DNA of 64,000 nucleotides from Convolutriloba macropyga (Eukaryota): NCBI RefSeq assembly GCF_964194025.1, contig NC_134470.1, positions 17,546,001 to 17,610,000 of the forward strand, read 5' to 3'. Shown piece by piece: positions 23,797 to 37,528 of this stretch (position 1 is its first letter; each line of letters starts with the position of its first letter). The notes under the pieces were generated by a model. It saw only the letters and a program-made list of their open reading frames with translations, ran no database searches and was not told where the DNA came from. The position numbers and the translations under genes were made by a program.

Positions 23797-25705
23797 AAAA
23801 GCGGGCAAAACACAAAAGCGGGCGTTCTCTGTTTCTTTAAATGAAAATCATGCTCGAGATCAAAAAACTCTAAAAAACTAGAACTACTCATCATATTTAA
23901 TTCTGATACTTCTAATACTAAGGAGCAGAGCAGTCATTTACACAAAAAAATCTCAAGTCAAAAAAGAGAAACGATAAAACTAGACGAAATTCAAAAGAAA
24001 GTCAAGATCTTCAAAACAAACGGATTTTCAGTCTCAAAAAAGCATAAAAATTGAAAAAGATAAAGATTTTTTGACGACTTCTAGGAGAGGCAACTCTACA
24101 GGTCATTATTACAACTTAGTGATGTTAGCACAAAAAGGAAAACAAAAATAGGCAAAACTAGAAACAGGAGAAAATAAATTTAAAAAATACATGATATCGA
24201 AGCCAAACATCGAAGATCAAAAACGAATAGAAGAATAAAATTAATTCACATATGCCTTATTAGAAACCCACACGTGCTCGTCATTAACAAAATCCGGAGA
24301 TAATAAAACAAAAATAATAGCAATAACGGTTAACAAAAATATATTAACAAAATTTGGCAAAAACCATCTCCAAATGGTATCTTTTCTTATTATTGTGAAA
24401 AAATCGGCTGTGACAATTGGTCAAACGATTTGTTGCGTCAAAATTGAGTGTTCGGAGAAAAAAAAACAAAAATTAATTTGGTCGCGAATTTGTAAATTAA
24501 AGAAACAAACAGACTCGCCTGTTATCTTAGTCATTCCAAATTTCATAAAAAACATATTACATAAGAAATCAGGCCAAATTTCATCTTAATCAGTCCAAAT
24601 TTCATGAAAATCTTATATTGCATGAAAAATCAAAGCCCCATGATCACACCCACCCATCGAGACGCCTCCTATGATGCAAACGTGTTGTAATTGAACCTAT
24701 CCTCGCAAGAAATTTTTGTGTTGTTTGTCATTTTTCAGCCTCCAAATCTTTTTTAAATGAACATAATTCTTTTCAAATGAGCATAGTTTTTAAAAATGAC
24801 GGCCAGTAATCTTTAGAAAGCATTTTTACCAAAAGCCAAAGTTTATCACAAAAATATTGAACATATTTTTAAAATATCATTTATAATAGCAACTATTCAT
24901 TTGTTCCACTAAAACGCAAAAAACTTAGAACTTTATTTCGCGTCGGGTTTTGGTTCTAAATGCAAGGAAAAAAACTTGAGGAAGGTAATCTAAAGTTAAG
25001 AAGAACGTTTGGAATGTAGTGAAAAGAAAAGACGCTGTAAAAAGTTTTTTCATTTCTCTGTATAATTTTAGGCAAAGCAAAGCATATCCCAATTGTAATC
25101 ATAACTTTCCATGTCCATTATTTTTCAAAACAAGAAATGAAGAAGTTGAAGAAAATGAAGAAAATAAAGAAATTTGGAGATTGTCTAAATTTTTTCAAAA
25201 TATCTGCAGGATAGTTTCTACAAAATCAGCAAAGCGAAGTAACAGTAAACAGTCAAAAAGTAAAGCAGAAAAAGAAGAAATTTTTACATCTCCGTAGCCA
25301 TTTGATAGAAATTAACAGTTTATAATTTGAGGCAAATTCAATTGGAATATATTTATCCTCCTAATTATAGTTTGAACAGTAAGAAAAAGAACCGCTCACT
25401 CTCTCCCTCCTTCCATCCCTGGCTCCCTCCCTCCCTAACCCACATCGTAAAAAAATTGTTTTATTCATCATGTGTTCGCAATAAGCTACTGCTTTTGAAC
25501 TGGGGAACGTTTTGGTAGCTTGATTAGAAGGTGAGATGGGGAACTGCAATTTATATAACAAACCACATGATGCAACCAAATTATCAATTATAGTTCAGCA
25601 GACGAAATACCTTCTGTCAATCAGAGCTACTGAGAAGACTCCATTCTCTTATATATAGCGATAGCACGGTTGACTTCAGTCAGTCTATTAGATAGTAGCT
25701 ACACT

Positions 25706-26140
25706 ATGCACGTAACTCCTCTATTGACTCTGGTCTTATGTACCTTTTTCGCCGTAATAACTAAAGCTTGTCTTTACTGTTTTACTATTTTTGTCCATAA
25801 TCAACCTGGGAAAAGGTAAATTACAGAAAAATAAAGCCGAGTTTCTGGGATAGTTCATCTATTTTGTGTGCATTGCAGATTGCTTCACATCCCTGAGAAG
25901 CTGAAGCGTGCGTACATGCGTGAGTTCCGCAACTTGATGCTGAGGAAGGCACTGCTACTGAAGAGAGTGGTGAGTGAGAGGAAGAACAGATCGAAGGGAG
26001 TCGAGATCCAGAGTGTGAAGAGACTGTGGTGGATGGACGATCACCAGACACAGAACCCATTCCATAACTCAGTATGTACTATTATCACCCCTCCTCCCCG
26101 AGTTCTGAGTTCGCCTAATGAAAAGACCTTTGAATTCTAG
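25706..26140 (+). CDS. Putative secreted peptide/neuropeptide precursor (exon 1 25706-25815, exon 2 from 25879)
   Basis: TATA-like TATATATAG about 55 nt upstream. Signal peptide MHVTPLLTLVLCTFFAVITKA, then CLYCFTIFVHNQP-GKR. A GTAAAT...TGCAG intron (25816-25878) joins in frame, and further KR/RK sites follow. May splice again at GTATGT 26072. Confidence 0.6.
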
Positions 26141-28227
26141 GGGGGGGGGGCAATATTGACTTTAATTAAACTAGTTATGGTATGTTCATAGCAAATTAGG
26201 GTTTATCACGTTCTGTTCATAGCAATTGGGGTCGAACACGGTCTGTTCAAAGCAATTGAGGTCGAACCGAAGTCCATCAGCAAGTTTAGGTGGAGTTAGA
26301 GTCCAGCTGCAAAAAATGGGTCCAGCTATTGTCCAGCTGCAATTGGGTCAAGCTGAAGTCCAGTTCACATAACTTGAGTCGAGATGACCATAATGTCGAG
26401 CTTATGTTTTTCATGGATTATTTGAGTTGACCATTTGAGTTATGATTCCAAGCCTAGACTAGGGTTCCATTAACCTCCCATCCTCCAATTCGTCGTTCTC
26501 CAGTTCCACCCTAATCACCGTCACTACCCACCCACCAATCAGAGGTTCGGGTCAGAAATTCTAATGTAACAAATTGGAAGTTGGAAGGATCACCAGGATC
26601 TAATCTGTACTGTCTCTCCAATTCATTGTGTACTAAAAACGTCGCCCCGAGCGCACATGCTATATGTTTTTATATAGTAGCGCTCCAAATAGGGTTCATT
26701 AATGGAAATCACGGGTAACAAGCGTGTGTGGGTGGATCTCAGTATCACTTAGAGATGGTCAGGGGAAACTGTACAGGAGAGGAGCCATATTGAGATCATG
26801 ATTGGTCGGGCCTTTCCCCATTTTACCCCCGCCCCACGTTAGTGGTCAGGTAACGTAACTATTATACCGGTTTACCCTAAATATGACCTAATGGGGGATA
26901 TATTTCACCATAATTTTGTGTGGGGGGGGGGGGGGGTGGGGCTATAATGGGAAAGACCCGATTGCTGACTATGTTTATTGGACCCATGTTGGGAGCCATG
27001 TTTGGTCTGTTGCAGGATGCGTCATTGGATACTGAGTTGTTAGTGGGGTGGCTAGAACATGTTTGTCCCACTCTCGGCCTATACACTCTCCGCACCCAAC
27101 CAGGAACAGCTGTCTTCGAAATCGTAAGACATCCTACATAATCTTCACACCAACTAACTTCCTTTAATTTCCCTTTACTGTATTGTTCATGCGTTTTTCC
27201 CTTTCCCTGAAGTGCAATAAAAAATGCGCCGTTTATATTTCACGTTTAAAGAAGAGTTATCAAAACAATACTTCATCATCAAGCATGCAAATAGAGCTCA
27301 CTGTACTGTTTTGATTCACCTTTCAATCTGATCACAAATGTGAAGTTATTTGCCGCAATTTCTATCATCAGTAAACTTCGGTCTCTTTGACTTGCCCTAA
27401 TTTTTCCACATGTTTCACGTTTGTAGAATCGTTTTCATTCATTGTTTTAATAAATTAAATCCCGCTATTTCAGAACATGTGACCTGCAAAGTCAGAGAGA
27501 GCAAAAAACTTCAGAGATTGACAGCGTTAAACAGTGTTGAGACTCACACACCGGCCAGAGAGAAGTTCAAGTCGAATTCTTAACCCACTTTAACTTCTTT
27601 GATAATTCTGATTTTTGATTTAGACACAATAAATTATATTCAAATAATACTCTGAGGGTCATTTCAACACTTTACTAGTACCCAATAGAAAACCCCATTC
27701 CCAATTAAGTCTTTGTTAATGCTTCAATCTTAAGACTAGCATATGCAATTCTGATTGGCTAATATCACTTTGTTTGGCTAATATACCTTGCTTTTCAAGC
27801 ACTTTTGGCTATAATCTAGAAATCCTGCCGGCCCAACTGATACAACACCTTTTCACTTTACATTTTGTTTCAGCTAAAAACTATTGCGCTGTAAAATTAT
27901 TTGTTAAATTTAGAAAATTATGCATGTCCTAGGAAACATGATTTTTTCTTTGATCGACAATATTTTAAACAGTTTTGGTAATTTTTGAAAAATAAGAATA
28001 ATGGTTTTAAGAAAGTGGAAGTAATATCGAACAATTCTGTACCTCCAATTGATAGCGGAAGTTTCAAAGTAATCGAAATTTTTTGTATGTGCTGTTCACA
28101 TTCAATTTCATGTTGGAACTTTTACGCCGCTGTGAAGTAAACTGATCAAAATACGAAATAAAATAGGTTGACATTGAATAAAGAAAGAACGGAGAAAATG
28201 ATTTTCAGAACTGGCCAAATGTAAATT

Positions 28228-28601
28228 CCCGGGTCGAGGCGTCAACGCTAAAAATTGCTAAAAAGAAATCAGCGCATTTGTTTTCAATAACATTTATTGA
28301 ATCTGATACAAATTCACGAGGAATAGAAATGAAGCAAGTGGTAGATGGCTCACTGGAATAAGAAGTTGTTGTCACGCAGGAGGTGAGAGGTTCCAACCCC
28401 TGTAAGTGCGTTTTTTTGTAAGAAATCCGGGGAACGCGGTGAAAAAAAATTCCCCGCTAAAAACCGCAAATCCTACGAAATTTCATTGGTTTCACCGCAT
28501 TCATCACAGAAAAGTGCGGGCGTTTTGCGGTGAAAATTATTTTTTTCACCGCTATTCACCGCAATTCGTACATTATTTTTTCGACAAAACCTCGACCCGG
28601 G
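28228..28601. mobile_element. Non-autonomous CACTA-type element, same family as 10944-11521 in opposite orientation, TSD TT
   Basis: TT|CCCGGGTCGAGG...CCTCGACCCGGG|TT. Shares subterminal repeats and a tRNA-like core with the first copy. Confidence 0.85.
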
Positions 28602-31600
28602 TTGCATCTACTCACTTTCGTAAACCAGCCGACAATTTTAGATATTTAGGCGTAAATATCGATAATGAATTGGCTTGCTGAAAACAGCTAAACTATATTT
28701 GCAGGATGGCAGTGCAGTGAGTTCATTGTACTTGCCATGAAGTCAAAAACCTTTAAGAACTAGAATAAATTTTTTAAATCGCTTGCTCTGATTAACTTAC
28801 ATTTCAGGGCCATTTTTTCCAAATCCTACCACCGCAATCGGTTTATAGAATAAACAAGAAAATCATTTGGGGACTAAAATTTTGTATTCTTAGAATAAAA
28901 ATACGACGCTGCACGAGATCTGCTTCAAGAACTAAGTCTCTGTTGTAACGCTTAATATCACAGAAAACTTCGTGATCAATTTCGTGAAGGAAAACAAACA
29001 CGAAAAAAATTAATGTAATCGAAGTCGTCGTAGTTAGCATAAATGAGTGTCCAATTAACAAGGTGTTGACTATCAAATGTAATTTTAAATGGACTAACGT
29101 TTCAATTATTGGAAACTGCATTCGTACTTGGAATACGCTCTTCAATAAAAATTTTAAAAAAGCACTTAAACAAGTTGAAGGAAAAATAGGAGAGGGATCA
29201 CCTAAAAGGCACAAAATCACATATCAAAAAATATTGAATATAGGCGGAAAAATTATTGTGTCTTTTCAATTTCTTGCTATTGCTCTTGTTTCAATCAGTA
29301 ATACTGCTTTGCCCGCGTTGCGATGTGATATGTAAGAATTAAACTGAAAGGGCTGAAAGTATATAAGGAATATGCTGAATGTGTTGAAAGTTAATTTCTA
29401 TGCACTGTATGTGCTGAATAAAAATATTTTTAGCACATGTCAACACAATTATTACAAAATTTCAGCACATTTTTCAGCACATCTCTTACATAATTTCAGC
29501 ACAACCAAAACTCCAGATTTTAGCACTTTCAGCACATTACTTACATAAAAATTGTGCACTCAATTTTATTGCTCAGTATCGCTTATAGCGTAGTATCATG
29601 TACACTTTTTCTTCTTTGGAAACTACGAATAGCCACTGATCAATAAAAAACTACGCTAGTTTTTTTGGAAAACGATAATTCACATTTTTGTCAAAGCGAA
29701 CAATTGAAAAATTTAATACTGTCATTATGACCGACGGAGGGAAGACAATTACATATCAGCAATTTGGTTTCATGCAAACAAGTAAGGCGTCATCAAGCTC
29801 TAGCTGCAATAACTGCTTTATCATAAAGTTGTGCCCAGCTCAGTCACTTTCCTTTTTTCCTGTTCTTTTTCTTTTGCAAGACTCAAGGTTTTCTAATTCC
29901 AATTAGAAATGCTACAAACAAACGGTTAGCCACTTGACCTGTAACTTCGGTGTCATAAACAACTCACTTCGTACTTATTTCGTTATTTCGTTTTCGTCTG
30001 TTCAGCCAGCCACTCACTTTTCAAATTCGGAGCAGAAATTCTTAACAATCAAGACAGAAGAAAAGCAGACTAAATTTTCTCATCATTACTCACACTTAAT
30101 TAACATAGTAACTTCCTCTTGTACCCTTTTTCTATCTCAATACTTCACTGATTTTTTTTAAAAAAAAAACAGCAAATCTCCTTTAATTTTTGTGCTAGAT
30201 GCGGTTCGGTTCAGTGGTTTTATTGAACAAGTCAGCTTAGCATATCTATATCATCACTTTGTCATTTTATTAAAAATATTAAATTTATTTTCAGTTGAAG
30301 CCAAAAAAAAATTTGTTTTGATTCTTGTTTTCTCTCGCTCTCTCTCCTTACCATTAATTTTAATAATCCTTTTTCTAATAAAGCAGACTCCAAATTTTTT
30401 ATTTATTTTGACGTTGACCGAATAATTAATTCTCTACTAATATTTCACTGAAGAGAATCTGTACCAAATTGAAACGGGAACCTCAACATGCCGCAATTGA
30501 CTTTAAAGTTTAGACAACGTAAATTTGAAACTTAGCGCTGCTGGCTAACTCAGCAACGAACTCGCGCACTTTGTTTTTATGCTCACCTTGCTCAGAATTG
30601 ACTCTTGCTCTTATTTTGCTATAAAAGACATTGAAACTTAACAATAAAAAATGAAACCAAAAAAAATCAGCATAGATAGTATCAGCAGAAGGTGGTTTGA
30701 GTCCCACCAACGACTATCCATTTCTCATATTCTTATTCAGAAAATTTAGCTTTTCTCTTTGTTTTGATAAATGGCAGAGCATGCTTACCTTAAGAGATCA
30801 AATCATCTTTGGCACACTCATTATACGTAGCTATCCAAGCAGTAAAAAAACCACCTCTTGTAGACGCCAAGTCTAGCCAATAGAAGTCCTCAATGGTACT
30901 TTGAATGGCTGAGTGCACCCGAACCGATTGAGATATTTTTAACGCTGTAAAATGTCTTTTACTGAATGGTTGTACATAATTTTGCTTTTTATGCTGCTTT
31001 ATCTTAAGAGTTAGGAAACTTTCGACAATTCTCCAACCCAATTGTTTTTTTTATGTTTGACTGCTCTGCTTCAATGCCGTTTAGTCTTGTGATGGAGCTG
31101 TTTCTTTTTTTTGCAGAAGCAGAAAATGTTTTCACAATGCCGAATCTGCAGTTTTCCAATTTATGTAAAGAAAACTTTTAAAGATAATTTCTTAAAGAGT
31201 GTAAGATTACTGATGAAAAGTACTGAAAATTACTTGAGAAAGGCTCTGACAGCCACTGAAAAACTTTTTCTCCGTATAAATCTTAAATAAATATACGCTT
31301 AATGTGTTGACAAGTGATGTTAAGAAATGTTAGGAAAGGAAGGTAATAGTAAGAAAGGTTTTTAAAAGTGAGCGCATTGAGCGGATGATTATGAAAGATT
31401 TATCCGCTGAAAATTATTTTTTTTTTCAGCGGCTATCAGCTAATTTCTTAGATAAATTTTACCCAAAACGTCGACCCGGTTCAGTAAAAACAAGACAGAT
31501 ATAGGAGCTGCAAGTTATCATAATCCCTTTGCCCAATATCTAACTTCCACTACATAAACTTTCATTGAACAACAAAATTTAATTTACAATTAATAAGCGC

Positions 31601-33431
31601 ATTTTACACCTTCACAAAAAAAAACAAATGAGTTGACCCTTCATGTAAATGATACATCTTATGTTAAATTGATGACTATCTGATGGCGAAACTGTGTCGT
31701 TGCTTTCTGCTTCAGACGACTTCTGACATGGCCTCTGGTTCACTAAAACGAAACCTAACTTGGTCAATAGTAATGCACAGTAGTTAGTAACTGCGATATC
31801 AACTGTACAATCATGTATTGTATGGATTGAAGCACCCGTAACGTGCCCTTCACAAAAATTTACACAATTTGGCATGATACGTGGATTTCCGAAATTTTTA
31901 TGTTAAAAGACATGTACTGCATTTTTCCTGAACTTAAACTTGGTAGTCTGAAGTTTTACTATGGTTTTTTTCTCCGAGCATGCTGTTACAAAATAGACTT
32001 CCATTAGGCTGTATCAGTGCTGATTTTTAAAGATACACTTGTTTTGTATTGATTCAGCGATGAAACAGTACAAAACAGAGTGTGTGGTAAGTCCCGGCCA
32101 TCATTACAACCAATCGCTCGCATCATTTAAATGATTGATCTTTTAGTGTGTTATAATGAAGCAATGTGCCGGATTCTCCCGCATTTGAGGACCTTTGAAA
32201 AGCAGTCATATTTTAGGGTGAAAACGAGAGTTTGTTTGCGTATTTGACCGTTTTCGACAGCCATTCTTAGGAGATAGTGGGGTTTAATTTTTTTTGTTTT
32301 AGGTCTTCTAATTACTTAGGAGACCTAAAATTAGGTTTTGCTAATTGGGTTGTCTACTGATTAGGTTTCGCCTCATTTAAGTTTGCAGTGACAAAAAAAA
32401 AATAACGAGACGGGGGCTTTGATAATAGGCGAAAACTCGATTAGACAAACACATTTTTGAAACCATTAGGCGAAAGTTTTCAACTGAAGTTTTGTGGATA
32501 TTAGAAGGACACTAATTAAAGCCATTGATACTTTATAGCGCCAAGTGCTTCAGAATCCACTTGACACAATAAAATACTAAAGTGTTCGCTGACAAATATC
32601 TTTACATGAAAACGAGTAAACAAGGCCCATTTAAAATGTTCCATTTCTGTCCCTCGTTCTGGAACTCAAATAAATTTGAAAAAAAAGTGCCGTAAACGCA
32701 GGACGGACATTAGAAGAATGTGCTGCCCATTATCATGTTTGACCCTTTCTACAAGCTATTTTCATGTAGAGACATTTGTTAGAGATACGTGAGTACTTAA
32801 CAGCGACAAGTAGATTTTGAAATAACGCTTTTAAGTGTTTTGATTGGTATCCGCCTAATGTCCATAAATCTTTAGTTCAAAATATTGAGTGCAATAAATG
32901 ACTTTTGCTTCGAACCTCAACGTTTCGCAAATTTCATGACCCTGGCAAGGATTTTATGTCAGTAAGGAGGAAGGCAAACGTTTTAAAACCGAAGGCGACA
33001 CAATGCATCCGAACTCTCACACATAATTTTGGTTAAAAATTCTTTTTTGTGGAAAATTTTTGTTCCTAGTAGAACAAGAAATTTTATGAACATAACCGAC
33101 TAACGTCAAGTGAATTACTCTCAAACGACCGGCGAGGGGTTGGCTTCGTATCCCGTTTCGTATCCCCTTCGCTACTACCTCTTCATCCCGTTTCTGAAGA
33201 CGAAAGTCAAATGAGTCAGACGAAAAATCGGCCGAGCGAAAAATGGCAAAAAAGACACACAGGAATAAAATATTTGCTACAAATTGCTTTTGAGAGCAAT
33301 TAACAATGGTTTCATAAAAAGTGCCTGTTAGATCATTGATAATAAAAACATTTCAACTATAACTCATTGATAATGAGGATCGGAGATGATGACATTACGC
33401 CACATAACAGCAGCTGAAGTGCGGCATCAAC

Positions 33432-33464
<33 letters not shown>

Positions 33465-33639
33465 TAAAACGTGGACGAGAAAAAGAAGGAAAGGAACCCT
33501 AACCGAAAGGGAGAGAAAGAGACAGGAATTTCTTCCATGATTGGATTCGACACTGCAGCTTCTAGTTTTTTAACCTTGTTAATCATATATAGATAAATCA
33601 TATAGAAAATAACCGAAAAAAGCAACATTAAAAAATTTT

Positions 33640-34990
33640 CAACCTCTTAATAAAAAATTAAAAACCAAAGTTCTCGAAAGTTCTTTCAAGTAACCCATCT
33701 CCGAGACTTGAAAATTTTTGTAGGCCAGAAATGATCGTTAAACTCAGAAAAGGACAAAAAATATTGAAAAATTTTGGAAAAAATTGCAAATTTTAACCAA
33801 ATCTTGCTAAAATTCAAGACATTAATATCTTAAGAACCAATTCATTGTCTCAGGAGTCTATCCGGTATCCTTGTTTCAAGCCTGAAAAAGTTTCACAGGC
33901 TCATAAAGATCCATACACTTGGAACATAAAAATTTTCCAAAAAAATGAAAAGTTTAAATTTTATCCAAAAACTACTGAAACTGGAGTAGAAAAAAGTCGA
34001 TCAGCATCCCATTAACTATAGAAACTATGCAGCAGCTTTTTATCACTCCTTGGAGGAGGTCCCATGGCCTCTGTTGCCGGAAAAAATTCAAAAACATGAA
34101 AAAATTGCAAATATTTTAAAAAATTGCTCAAATTAGTGATATTAAAATCTTGAAGAACTTTCCGTTACATCAATAAACTATGCAGTAATATATCATCAAA
34201 CCCTAGAGGAAGTTCCGTGGCCCTTGATGCTGTCAAAACCTAAAAAATGGCAAAAAAAATTCAAAAAAACTTTAAAAAAATTGCAAGTTTTACAAAATAA
34301 AATTGCTAAAACTTGTAATATTAAAATGAAAATTAATCCATGACCAACAAAAACTTCCCAGTAACTTATTATCGAACCCTAACGGAGGTATTCTGGCCCT
34401 TGAGGCTCACAGAATTTGAATAATGACTAAAAGTGTCGAAAAATTGGGGAAAAAATGGCAAAAATATGCAAAATTTCGTGATGTTAAAATCTTGCAGGAC
34501 ATTCCATATAATCTAGAAAATACCTATTTAACTTCAGTAACCCACTAGAGAAGGATCCTTGGCTCTTGAGGCTGATTAAATCTAAAAAACAACAAAATAC
34601 TTCAAAAAAAACTTGAAAAAAAGCAAGTTTTATCAAAAAATTGCTAATATTTGCGATATTAAAAAGTTGAAAAACTATTCTATGGCCATTAAAAATTTGT
34701 CAGTAACTTATTATCGAACCCCTTAGAATTTTTCTTGGCCCCTGGGTCTGAAAAAACCTGAATAAGGAAAAAAGGTCCAAAAATTTTTTAAAAAATGCAC
34801 GCTTTGTCAAAAATTATTACTAAAATTCGTGATGTTAAAATGTGGAAACCATTCAGCAACCTATTATCGAACCCTAAAGGAGGTTTTTTGACACCTTGGG
34901 GTGATAAAAATCAAAAAATGTTGTTAAAAATTTAAAAATTTTCAAAAAGCTTGAAAAAAATTGCAAAATAGTAAAAATTTGCTTTTTTTA
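33640..34990 (+). repeat. Degenerate tandem array, unit roughly 170-180 bp
   Basis: Recurring ATATTAAAAT...AAACTATGCAGTAA...AACCCTAGAGGAAG...GGCCCTTG blocks. Confidence 0.65.
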
Positions 34991-35019
34991 GCAAGCGGTT
35001 GTTCGTCAGTAGCTAGCCA

Positions 35020-35680
35020 CGGGAGGGGGGGGGGGGGGTTTCACCGGGGGTTGATTGGGGGTGCAACACTGGGGTGGGGGAGCAACAGCGCGGCGGGGGT
35101 GATCGGGCAATAGGGGGGTCAACAGTGGGGGTGTCTTAAGCCTCTAAGAACCGCCCTTCACACCATAAAGTAAAAGTATAAGTCTCCAAAACAGTTTGAG
35201 ATGAAACAGTGCTGAAAGGCTCTAAGAGCACTTAATGCCCGCTGGGCGCTACCTGTTTATCTCGTTTTTGAGGACGAAAAGTCAAAAGCGTCAGACAAAA
35301 AATCGGTCAAGCAAAAAATCGCAAAAAAACATAGCCGGTAGTGCTGGGGTAGTTGGGGGGGGGGGGGGTAGGTGGGGGTAGTTAGGTGAAGGGAGGGGTA
35401 GTTTGGGAAGGTGGGGGCGGGGGTAAGTTGGGGCGGGGTGGTAGGTAGGTGGTGGGGGTAGGTAGGTGGGTGGGTGGGTAGATAGGTTGGGAAGGTGGGT
35501 AGTGCTCGGGTAGTTGGGGGGGGGGGGGGGGGGTAGGTGAGGGTAGCTGGGTGAAGGGAGGGGCTAGGGGAAGGTGGGCGTAAGTTGCGGGCGGGAGGGG
35601 TGCGGTGGCGGTGGTGGGGGGGGGGGGTAGGTAGGTGTGGGGGGGTAGATAGGTGGTGGTGGGGGGGGTTGTGTGATGTA
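35020..35680 (+). repeat. G-rich (GGGTAG-like/poly-G) tracts with G-quadruplex potential
   Basis: Dense G runs with an internal duplication of TAGTGCT..GGTAGTTGGGG...GGGTAGGTG. Related tracts at 47100-47190 and 48415-48650. Confidence 0.8.
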
Positions 35681-36036
35681 GTTTAGATAATTAGGGGTGA
35701 CTTGTATAGGAACAAAAAATCTCAAAATGACCACTTCACCTTGAACATTACTAGCAGTTCTTAATTACTATACATTACAAACGAAGCTACTGTTAAAGTC
35801 CAATGTTCGAAAACAAGTCAACAATCAAAAACGGAGGTAAATGCTCGAACAGAAAGAAGTCAAAATTCAAGTGATGAACAAACTTGCTTTCTGCTAAAAA
35901 CAACCTGTAGAATCTCAATACTCATCTTTGAGTCGTAAAAAAAAGACCGACAGGACTAACATAATTGCTACAAACTTCGTTTGAGAGCAATTAAAAACAA
36001 ATAGAATATATCATTTCAACTTCTATTTCTAAACTT

Positions 36037-36199
36037 GGATCTTTTCCGTTTGTGCCCCCCCAGCTTAGTGGGCGCATATTATTTGCACCCCCCAGACGCA
36101 CGTGCAATATTTTTACATAGTGATTTACTATGCAATGGCGCGTGCTCTGTAACTGGGGGCGCATAACGTACTGGGGGGGGGCACAAACGGAAAAGATCC
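36037..36199. mobile_element. MITE with ~27-bp TIRs and 8-bp TSD (MULE-like)
   Basis: CTAAACTT|GGATCTTTTCCGTTTGTGCCCCCC...GGGGGCACAAACGGAAAAGATCC|CTAAACTT. Confidence 0.88.
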
Positions 36200-37190
36200 C
36201 TAAACTTTACAGCAAAAGCCATTGCAATCAATTGCTCAAAATTTCTTAACAATGACAATCTAAAACTTGACATTGCGGCAGGCTCGAACTTTTTTCCATT
36301 TCAGCTGTCCTGCTTAAAAATGCATCATATCGAACCCAAAGCTAACGCATTCCCGCCTTTTTAACTATCTGATCAAAAACATAATTCCATAGCGGACTAA
36401 GATCAGAAATTCAATTCAGAATTAGGCAAAAAATAATAGACTGGAATCGAAATTTATAATATCATTTGTTTTTTAGTGTTTTTAGCTTTTTTCTTAACAA
36501 TAAATTTGGTTCAGTAAAAATTGTGAGTTAAACGAAAATTATTACATTAATAATCAGCACAGAAATAGTATATCAGTTGATCAATTGTTAGCCTATACTT
36601 TTTTTGCTTAGTTCAGATTCATTTGAACAAAATAATAATCTTATCGTGGGAAACTGCATGAAAATTAGTTATTATCACTTAAAAACGTCATACAAAAGCT
36701 AGTTTCGAGCTCCTGTATTGTTTGCGAAAAAATGTGTTTGAATTTTTCTATTTGATAAAATTTGTTTTTTTTCCTGATATTATATATTATATAACAATAT
36801 ATAATAAAAATATTTTGTATTAAAAATAAATAACAGTTTTATTGTTTTTAAATTCTATAGAACCACAAGTCTTACAAAAAATTTACCGCCAGTCTAAATC
36901 AAATCAACAGCAAATCTTAAAAAAATAGTCAAATCCATGTCAAACCAATTTCAAGGCCTAAGCTTTACATACAACAAAAGGTTTCCCCAAATTCTTCATT
37001 GACTTTTTCAACCAAAATTGAACTAGCTAAGCCGTTAACTAAAACAAGTTAGACAGATTTGCAAAAGACTTTTGGTAAACTAGTACATCCAAATCCCTCG
37101 GAAATTGGCAAATTTTGGTCTTCCCTTTATTTGGGCGAGCGCATTGATGAGTAAAAAAGTATGATCTCTTTTACAGCTCCCCTCCAATTG

Positions 37191-37489
37191 CCCGGGCCGA
37201 GGTGTCACCCCTAATCCGCCTCTAATTAGCGGGGATTAAGGTGTAATGCGTATTCCACTCCTATTTATAGGGGAAAAGTGGGTGAGAGTGTAATTTTAAA
37301 AAAATACACTGTATTTACACTCTTTTCTCCACTCTTTTTACACTCTATGCAAAGAGTGTAATTTAGGGTGGACTGATAAAAAATTACACTCTGACACATT
37401 TACCAATATAGCCATAGGGGTGTAATTTTTTTATTCACACCCTTTACACTCTTTTCCCCGTTATTTTTGGGGAAAATCCTCGGCCCGGG
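37191..37489. mobile_element. Non-autonomous CACTA-type element, CCCGGGCCGAGG TIRs, TSD TG
   Basis: TG|CCCGGGCCGAGG...CCTCGGCCCGGG|TG, with TACACTC/GAGTGTAA subterminal repeats. Its left end is homologous to 50008-50225. Confidence 0.87.
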
Positions 37490-37528
37490 TGGCTGATCCT
37501 ATTCTATTTTCAGTTCTGATTCAGTTGA

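Noticed and set aside
26877-27141. Two overlapping ~72-aa ORFs in a GC-richer patch
   Set aside because: Driven by a poly-G run. May be a SINE/LINE tail, but that is not supportable.
30510-32020. Several minus-strand coding-like patches, including a Cys-containing 87-aa ORF
   Set aside because: No consistent splice model or motif could be established by eye.
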